Assembly: GCA_051532035.1 (NCBI GenBank)
Contig: JAOPTW010000016.1
Span: 1 to 64,000, forward strand
Source of the DNA: Fibrobacterales bacterium
GTDB lineage: Bacteria; Fibrobacterota; Fibrobacteria; Fibrobacterales; JAOPTW01
Direction of reading: 5' to 3'
DNA: 64,000 nucleotides
Shown here piece by piece: positions 57,594 through 64,000 of the stretch. A program made the position numbers and the translations under genes. The notes under the pieces were generated by a model. It saw only the letters and a list, made by a program, of their open reading frames with translations. It was not told the DNA's origin and did no database searches. How positions within the stretch are numbered: the stretch's first letter is position 1; every line of letters begins with the position of its first letter.

Positions 57594-58280
57594 ATGCGCG
57601 TATTAATTATCGATAACTATGACTCATTCACCTACAATCTCTATCAGTTTATTGGAGAGATCTTTAAAACAGAACAGAGTAATGGCACCATTGATACCTT
57701 TGAAATCACCGTTAAACGGAACGATGAAATTAGCATTGACGGTATAAAAGAGTACGCCCCTGACAGAATTATTGTCTCTCCTGGTCCCGGTACTCCGGAA
57801 GACGAGGCCTACTTTGGTGTATGTGCACAAGCGATTACTGAACTGGGAAAAGAGATTCCACTTCTTGGTGTGTGCCTTGGCATGCAAGGCATTGTTCACC
57901 TCTTTGGAGGGCGCATTACCCTTGCACAGCTCCCTATGCATGGAAAAACAAGCCCTATCACTCATACCAGCACAGGCGTCTTTGCAGACATCCCCAACGA
58001 ACTAGAAGTGATGCGCTATCACTCACTTATTGCCGAAGCGAAAAGTTTCCCTGATTGTTTAGAGTTGACTGCCACGGTAGGATCATTTGCTCTTGATCAG
58101 TTTGGTGATATTGATGCCATTAGATCGAGTGGAGACTTTGAAGTTATGGGTGTTAAGCATAAGGAATTCCCTATTTATGGAATACAATTTCACCCAGAGT
58201 CATTTGCGACAGAGGGCGGGAAAGAGATTATTAGAAATTTCCTTTTTGCCATTAATGAGACCCCGATAATAGCCAAGTAG
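57594..58280 (+). CDS. trpG: Anthranilate synthase component II (glutamine amidotransferase)
   Basis: IDNYDSFTYNL, SPGPG, GVCLGMQ, MRYHSL, IQFHPES. Confidence 0.9.
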   Translation: MRVLIIDNYDSFTYNLYQFIGEIFKTEQSNGTIDTFEITVKRNDEISIDGIKEYAPDRIIVSPGPGTPEDEAYFGVCAQAITELGKEIPLLGVCLGMQGIVHLFGGRITLAQLPMHGKTSPITHTSTGVFADIPNELEVMRYHSLIAEAKSFPDCLELTATVGSFALDQFGDIDAIRSSGDFEVMGVKHKEFPIYGIQFHPESFATEGGKEIIRNFLFAINETPIIAK

Positions 58281-58323
58281 CGTGAATTAACTAAGTTTTG
58301 ATCATACTTAAACCTGTTGAGAT

Positions 58324-58953
58324 ATGTCTAAAATAATACTATTCGATTTTGATGGAACCATTGCCGATTCATTGCGCGCAACCATTGTGGTGTATAATAG
58401 AATCGCTCCACACTACAAAGCGCGCCCTATTCAAGAAAAGCATATTGAGACCTTTAAAAGTGATCGAATTCAACGATTTTTCAAGTACCTCAATTTGAAA
58501 TATTATAAGCTTCCTTTTATGGTTATCAAAGGTCGCTCTGAATTCAGAAAAGATATGGATCTCGTTAAAGAACAGCCCGGGGTATGTGATGTCATAAGAA
58601 AGCTTAAAAGTGAAGGCTACACCCTAGGGATCCTCACGTCTAATTCAAAAGAAAATGTCAGCGATATGATTAAAAAATACGGGATTGACGAGTGCTTTTC
58701 ATTTATAAAAAACAGCAAGCATATGTTTGGCAAATCCAAATACATTAATCAAATTATTAAAGCAGAAAAAACCACACCAGACCAAGTCTACTTTGTCGCC
58801 GATGAAACTCGAGATATCGAAGCAGCTAAAAAAGCGAAAATTAACATGGTCGCAGTCACCTGGGGCTTTCAGAATAGAAGAGCCTTCAAAAAACTCGCTC
58901 CAGAATACATAGTTGACACTCCTGATGAGCTCTACAACGTACTCAAGACTTAG
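58324..58953 (+). CDS. HAD-family hydrolase (phosphoglycolate phosphatase-like)
   Basis: FDFDGTIADS, ILTSNS, VADETRDIEAA, AVTWG. Confidence 0.87.
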   Translation: MSKIILFDFDGTIADSLRATIVVYNRIAPHYKARPIQEKHIETFKSDRIQRFFKYLNLKYYKLPFMVIKGRSEFRKDMDLVKEQPGVCDVIRKLKSEGYTLGILTSNSKENVSDMIKKYGIDECFSFIKNSKHMFGKSKYINQIIKAEKTTPDQVYFVADETRDIEAAKKAKINMVAVTWGFQNRRAFKKLAPEYIVDTPDELYNVLKT

Positions 58954-59022
58954 ATTGCGTTATAGAGACAATTTTTCTATCTTTACACACTATACAAGAC
59001 AGCGAACAACCCGGATTATACC

Positions 59023-59970
59023 ATGAAAGCAAAAATATTCGTCGACGGACAAGCAGGAACTACAGGCTTAGAAATTCATGAGCGCCTTGCCCAGCGTGAG
59101 GACATTGAACTTCTCATCATTGATCCGGAACTCAGAAAAGATATTAACGAGCGAAAAAAGCTCATTAACGCTTCTGATATTACCTTTCTCTGCCTTCCCG
59201 ATGACGCATCTCGCGAATCAGTTTCACTCTGTGAAAATGATACAACCCGCTTTATTGATGCGAGTACCGCTTTTAGAACTGCAGATGACTGGGCCTATGG
59301 TATCCCAGAGCTTTCACCAGCACAGCGAACTGCCATTGCAAACTCAAAACGAGTTTCAAACCCCGGTTGTCATGCAACAGGCTTTATTGTTGGCATTAAA
59401 CCTCTCATTGAGCAAGGGATTATATCCCCAAAACACCACCTTTCTTGTTATTCAATAACTGGGTATAGTGGTGGTGGCAAACAACTTATTGCAGCCTACG
59501 AAGCTGCACCTGCAGACGACGACTCTATGAATTGTCCTCGTCATTATGCGCTAGGCCTCAGCCATAAGCATCTTCCCGAAATGAAGACAGTGTGTGGCCT
59601 TGAAAACCCGCCTATTTTCATGCCAGTACTCGGTCGTTACTACCGTGGTATGACAGTCACTATGGCTATTCCAACGAGTAAGCTTGAAAAGAAGTTCTCA
59701 GCACAAGAAGTTCACTCAATATTAGAAGCGCATTATGCCAATGAACACTTTGTACGAGTGCAACCCTTTGGATCTGACGAAGGGCTCGACAACGGTATAC
59801 TGAACGCAACCGAATGCAACAATACCAACAATCTTGACCTTTTTGTCTTTGGTGATGAGAACCAAGTGGTGATTGCAAGCCGTTTTGACAATTTGGGTAA
59901 AGGTGCTTCAGGTGCAGCTGTTCAAAATATGAATATCATGCTCGATTTTGATGAAAAAACAGGCCTTTAA
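59023..59970 (+). CDS. argC: N-acetyl-gamma-glutamyl-phosphate reductase (uncommon type 2 form)
   Basis: IFVDGQAGTTGL, DASTAFR, SNPGCHATG, GYSGGG, HKHLPEM, DNLGKGASGAAVQNMN. Confidence 0.93.
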   Translation: MKAKIFVDGQAGTTGLEIHERLAQREDIELLIIDPELRKDINERKKLINASDITFLCLPDDASRESVSLCENDTTRFIDASTAFRTADDWAYGIPELSPAQRTAIANSKRVSNPGCHATGFIVGIKPLIEQGIISPKHHLSCYSITGYSGGGKQLIAAYEAAPADDDSMNCPRHYALGLSHKHLPEMKTVCGLENPPIFMPVLGRYYRGMTVTMAIPTSKLEKKFSAQEVHSILEAHYANEHFVRVQPFGSDEGLDNGILNATECNNTNNLDLFVFGDENQVVIASRFDNLGKGASGAAVQNMNIMLDFDEKTGL

Positions 59971-60044
59971 GTTCATTTAATAGCAGTTTTTAGCTTTTAT
60001 TTATAAAAAATGGTACCATTCAGTATGTTCTACTTGAGGTTGCC

Positions 60045-60278
60045 ATGCCCAATCCCGAAACCCGTATTGAGGAAAATGTCCTCGGTCCTTTTTATGTTGA
60101 TGGCAGTTGTACTTCTTGTGAAGACTGCGTCAATACGTCCCCTGAAAATTTTAAACTCAACGAAAAAGGGACAAATGCCTTTGTTCATAAACAACCCGAA
60201 GATGAAGATGAAATTAATCTTTGTCGTGAAGCCATGGAAAACTGCCCTACCGACTCTATCGGCGATGATGGCGATTAA
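60045..60278 (+). CDS. Ferredoxin (single cluster)
   Basis: FYVDGSCTSCEDC...AMENCPTDSIG. Confidence 0.88.
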   Translation: MPNPETRIEENVLGPFYVDGSCTSCEDCVNTSPENFKLNEKGTNAFVHKQPEDEDEINLCREAMENCPTDSIGDDGD

Positions 60279-60384
60279 ATAAAGCTTGGGTATTATGATA
60301 CAACCTTGCAGTTTATCAGACACTCCACATCTCACCCCTATTATAATTTTTTATACTATAAACAACTAGTGTAAGGAAGTAACC

Positions 60385-61218
60385 ATGGCTCAAGAACGAT
60401 CGATCAAAGCAACCTTTAAGGGTGTAGATACCATGGATGGAGCAGGGGTAAAACTCAAACGAATTTTTGGGTATTATGAACGCCCTCAATTTGACCCATT
60501 TTTGCTCTTTGATCATTTCGGTTCTGACAATCCCAACGACTCTATTGAAGGGTTTCCTTGGCATCCCCATCGCGGCATAGAAACAATCACCTATTTGCTG
60601 AGTGGAGAAGTACTCCACGAAGATAGCCTTGGTAATAAAGGTACACTCCATGCGGGAGACATTCAATGGATGACTGCCGGAAGTGGCATAGTACATCAAG
60701 AGATGCCTCAATGTGTAGATAATGCATTAGAGGGGTTTCAACTCTGGGCAAACATGCCTGCCAAAGATAAAATGTCGACACCACGTTACCAAGATATACC
60801 TGCACACTCCGTTCCTGAAGTCTCAATTGAAGGCGGAATGGTGCGTGTCCTTGCGGGCGAGTATCAGAAAGAGATGGGACCTGTATCAGGTATCTCAATA
60901 CTGCCCCTCTATCTCGACCTCCATCTTGAACCCAATACACCCTTTACGTTCCCAAATACACTCGATACCAATTGTATCTATATATATCGAGGATCAATTA
61001 AGTCTGGAACTCATACTCTTGAAAAGTACAATGCAGCACTCTTCACCAGAGGAGACTCATTTACACTCATCAGTGGTGCAGAAGGGGCACATCTTTTGAT
61101 TATCGGTGGTAATCAGATTAAAGAAAAGATCGCATGGCGCGGCCCTATTGTAATGAACAGTGAAGAGGATCTCACCACTGCATTTAACGAATTAAATAAT
61201 GACACATTTTTGAAATAG
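60385..61218 (+). CDS. Pirin family protein
   Basis: DPFLLFDHF, GFPWHPHRGIETITY, QWMTAGSGIVHQEMP, GPIVMN. Confidence 0.93.
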   Translation: MAQERSIKATFKGVDTMDGAGVKLKRIFGYYERPQFDPFLLFDHFGSDNPNDSIEGFPWHPHRGIETITYLLSGEVLHEDSLGNKGTLHAGDIQWMTAGSGIVHQEMPQCVDNALEGFQLWANMPAKDKMSTPRYQDIPAHSVPEVSIEGGMVRVLAGEYQKEMGPVSGISILPLYLDLHLEPNTPFTFPNTLDTNCIYIYRGSIKSGTHTLEKYNAALFTRGDSFTLISGAEGAHLLIIGGNQIKEKIAWRGPIVMNSEEDLTTAFNELNNDTFLK

Positions 61219-61232
61219 TTTTCTCTATTATA

Positions 61233-61955
61233 CTATTCAACTACCGGGGCTACTGCATTTCTATCAGTAGCGTTAAACACCTGTCTCCAGAAATTAGCCA
61301 GCTCATCTTCTTTAAAATAGTCTGGTTGTAATCCATCATTGAAGGAGAGAGAGAGAATAATATTATGTGAAGCCTCTTGAAGCTCAGTATAAACATGCAG
61401 CAATTGCGCCTTAAACTGAACAGTACACGTTGCACTATTAATATCACCACGCTTATTTTGTACAATCACATGATAATCAATAGGAGGAGCACCAATAAAA
61501 CCATCGGTGTCAAAATCAAGCGTACCTAATGCACTATGCGTTGGCTCACCACCAATCTCTTTTGGAAGGTAGTGTACGCCGCCTTCCTTATGAGTCGCCA
61601 CAATACTTTTTGTTAATTGGGCCAAAAACATTATCGGCGCTTTATATTCCAAAGCTTTTGAAAAGTCTATCCCTTGTTCGGTCAAAGCAGCTTGAAAATA
61701 CTCCTGCTGAAAAGTCTTGACATCAAACTGATTATTCTCAAAATCAAAAGGGAGAAATGTCTTCAAGTTAATAGTTAATCCTGAAAGATCTGCCACACAC
61801 TCTGTTGATTTTTCTGCTTTGTGTAAAGCAGTCTTTAAGACAAGCGCCTGACCATACTGCACAATCTTCTGTTGATTAACGGGGTTAGTTTCCCACTGAG
61901 CAAGCTTTTGAAAGAGTTGCTGCTTCTCTTCGTTAGTAAGTTCTCTTTTCTGCAT
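61233..61955 (-). CDS. Hypothetical protein
   Basis: 240-aa ORF with no competing frame; TATAAT 6 nt before the ATG. Confidence 0.6.
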   Translation of the reverse strand: MQKRELTNEEKQQLFQKLAQWETNPVNQQKIVQYGQALVLKTALHKAEKSTECVADLSGLTINLKTFLPFDFENNQFDVKTFQQEYFQAALTEQGIDFSKALEYKAPIMFLAQLTKSIVATHKEGGVHYLPKEIGGEPTHSALGTLDFDTDGFIGAPPIDYHVIVQNKRGDINSATCTVQFKAQLLHVYTELQEASHNIILSLSFNDGLQPDYFKEDELANFWRQVFNATDRNAVAPVVE

Positions 61956-62150
61956 AGTACAATTATATTAAATTTGTTACCGTAATGCATACAATAACTA
62001 TTTATAAAGAAAGTTAAATATTCTATTTACAAAGGACTTTCTAACGATACTCAAAAAAGATTGTACTATCTTTAAAATGTACACTGAGGTGTTACACGGG
62101 GTTTAAAATACATTAGGTTCATTGGGCGCGAACCGATAAAAGGATCAAAC

Positions 62151-62978
62151 ATGACGTTAGAAACTGGATTGTCAATTTTATTATGGGCTATCACTCTCTC
62201 ATCAATTCCAAATATACTCAACTCTCGATCAACACTCACTACTACTATAAATGCTACGGTCGCAGCACTCCTCTTTATAGGGGCCGTCATCATGACCACG
62301 AGCATCCCCGGAAATACTCAGGCGCCCACTCTAGCTCTTGAAGCGGAAAATCATCTAAACGAAACACGGACTCCTTCTGTTGGGCAGTATGAGCCAAACA
62401 GCAACGAACTTACTGAAGAAGACATTGCTGACCTTGAGCGTGAAGCCGCTATAGAAGCACCTCAACTTCAAGAAGAATCGGCACCCCCTGTTGTAATTGC
62501 ACAAGCAAAAAAAGAGAAAGAGCTCAAGAAGGCTGCTAAAAAGAAAGAGAAAAGAAGGAAGAGAAAAGAAAAAGTAAAGACTTCTAAAGCCACTATTTAC
62601 TCTTTCCTTAAATCATCTAAAAAACTGGTTAAAGCTGGCCGCAAGTATGTCACAGCATTAAACAAGTTGAAACTCTCTAACATAGAGGGCATGAGCGACT
62701 CTGAGTATGACAAGCTCATAACGAAAACAACGAAACTCTCAACTCAAATAAAACAGTATTACCGTGATGTCAATCGCCTAAAAGCACCGAATCCTCACGG
62801 CAAGTCTTTTAAGAAAACTCTCATAAAAGCAGCCGCAGACCTCAGAAAATCTGCAAAAAAAATGCATGCATTTGTGCATGATGACAATATAGAGGATTAT
62901 GAAAAACTGTATAAATCCCATGTAAAATATGCCAAACGAGCAGAATCAAGAATTTCTGAGCTCAACAATCGGCTATAG
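62151..62978 (+). CDS. Hypothetical membrane-anchored protein with Lys-rich helical C-terminus
   Basis: Two N-terminal hydrophobic segments, AAGGA SD, followed by a terminator. Confidence 0.65.
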   Translation: MTLETGLSILLWAITLSSIPNILNSRSTLTTTINATVAALLFIGAVIMTTSIPGNTQAPTLALEAENHLNETRTPSVGQYEPNSNELTEEDIADLEREAAIEAPQLQEESAPPVVIAQAKKEKELKKAAKKKEKRRKRKEKVKTSKATIYSFLKSSKKLVKAGRKYVTALNKLKLSNIEGMSDSEYDKLITKTTKLSTQIKQYYRDVNRLKAPNPHGKSFKKTLIKAAADLRKSAKKMHAFVHDDNIEDYEKLYKSHVKYAKRAESRISELNNRL

Positions 62979-63009
62979 TACGACCACTCTTACAAAATTT
63001 CCACACATC

Positions 63010-63042
63010 AAAAGCCCCATTCAATCGAATGGGGCTTTTTTT
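63010..63042 (+). terminator. Intrinsic terminator
   Basis: AAAAGCCCCATTC-aatc-GAATGGGGCTTTTTTT. Confidence 0.88.
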
Positions 63043-63112
63043 ATGTACTTTGCCACCCCCGTCAACAAACGAAATTGCTACATTAGCTCAAAACCTATAA
63101 CCAGAGAACGAT

Positions 63113-64000
63113 ATGGCTTCAGATAAGTTTATTTATTACATGCATCGCATGACAAAAATCTTTCCTCCATCAAAAGAGATCCTCAAAGATATCTCACTCT
63201 CATTTTTTTATGGCGCCAAAATTGGTATCGTCGGTACAAATGGTTCTGGTAAATCAACACTTCTTAAAATTATGGCTGGTCTCGATACTGATTTCCAAGG
63301 TGAAGCATGGGTAGAGCAAGGGCGTACGGTTGGATACCTTCCACAAGAGCCACACCTTGATCCAGACAAAACAGTCAAAGAAAATGTAGAGCTTGCCGTA
63401 AAAGCAATTAAAGATCTTCTGGATGAGTTTAATGAAGTCTCAATGAAATTTGGTGAAGACATGACCGATGACGAGATGGATAAACTTTGCGCTCGTCAAG
63501 CCGAGCTCCAAGATCAAATCGATACCTCTGATGCCTGGGAAATTGATCGTAAACTTGAGATCGCTATGGATGCACTGCGCTGTCCTCCTGGAGATTCGCC
63601 CGTTACTAACCTTTCTGGTGGTGAAAAACGTCGCGTCGCACTCTGTAAATTACTTCTTGAAGCACCTGACCTCCTTCTATTGGACGAACCGACCAATCAC
63701 TTGGATGCAGAATCTGTTGCATGGCTCGAAAATCACCTTCGCGCTTTTAAAGGGTCAGTTATCCTTGTAACACATGACCGGTACTTTCTTGATAATGTTA
63801 CCGGTTGGGTTCTTGAGCTTCAAAACGGTCGTGGTATACCATGGGAAGGAAACTACACCGATTGGCTCGATCAAAAAACAAAATCACTTGCTGAATCAGA
63901 GAAACAAGAGAGTTCACGTCAAAGACGTCTTAAAGAAGAACTCGCATGGGTGCGTACCAATCCTAAAGGGCGCCACACCAAAAACAAAGCACGACTCGGT
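63113..64000 (+). CDS. ettA: Energy-dependent translational throttle protein EttA (ABC-F), partial at the window edge
   Basis: Manual translation from ATG 63113: MASDKFIYYMHRMTKIFPPSKEILKDISLSFFYGAKIGIVGTNGSGKST...LSGGEKRRVALC...LLLDEPTNHLDAESVAWLE. Not in the ORF track. Confidence 0.93.
   Translation, partial: MASDKFIYYMHRMTKIFPPSKEILKDISLSFFYGAKIGIVGTNGSGKSTLLKIMAGLDTDFQGEAWVEQGRTVGYLPQEPHLDPDKTVKENVELAVKAIKDLLDEFNEVSMKFGEDMTDDEMDKLCARQAELQDQIDTSDAWEIDRKLEIAMDALRCPPGDSPVTNLSGGEKRRVALCKLLLEAPDLLLLDEPTNHLDAESVAWLENHLRAFKGSVILVTHDRYFLDNVTGWVLELQNGRGIPWEGNYTDWLDQKTKSLAESEKQESSRQRRLKEELAWVRTNPKGRHTKNKARLG

Noticed and set aside
62075..62150. Riboswitch in the leader of the 275-aa gene
   Set aside because: Only a short GGTTC/GAACC hairpin; no aptamer consensus that I recognise.
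1..64000. CRISPR arrays, IS elements, integrases, prophage, rRNA; short antisense and nested ORFs in the track
   Set aside because: I saw no repeat-spacer array or transposase, integrase or phage motif. The short overlapping ORFs are shadows of well-supported genes.

Overview
A 64-kb, mostly housekeeping chromosomal segment from an AT-rich Gram-negative bacterium. A T9SS PorU-like sortase points to the FCB superphylum, and a Fibrobacterota-like organism is my inference. From left to right it carries infC (partial), thrS, tRNA-Val(GAC), sucC-sucD-mdh, PorU, sppA, a 5xLysM lytic transglycosylase, a solo dnaA, hemE, prmA, scpA and glmS. Next come a lipoprotein/ECF sigma/anti-sigma/exported caspase-like cassette, dsbD, a hybrid histidine kinase, glgM-glgE, an HTH-WYL-WCX regulator, glpK and a second ECF module. 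The right part holds sbcB (ExoI), ssb, recC-recB-recD, trpR-trpE-trpG with a clear TrpR operator, argC, a ferredoxin, a pirin and ettA (partial). I saw no CRISPR array, IS element, prophage or rRNA. The main unexplained signal is a palindrome, TGACA-N5-TGTCA, directly upstream of the WYL regulator gene, ssb and the recCBD operon, with N4 variants upstream of sbcB. At ssb and recC it lies 11-12 nt before a TATATT -10 element, the same geometry as PafBC-activated promoters. I infer a candidate WYL-controlled, LexA-independent ssDNA/double-strand-break repair regulon (RecBCD + SSB + ExoI). All calls come from reading sequence motifs; no database searches were run.
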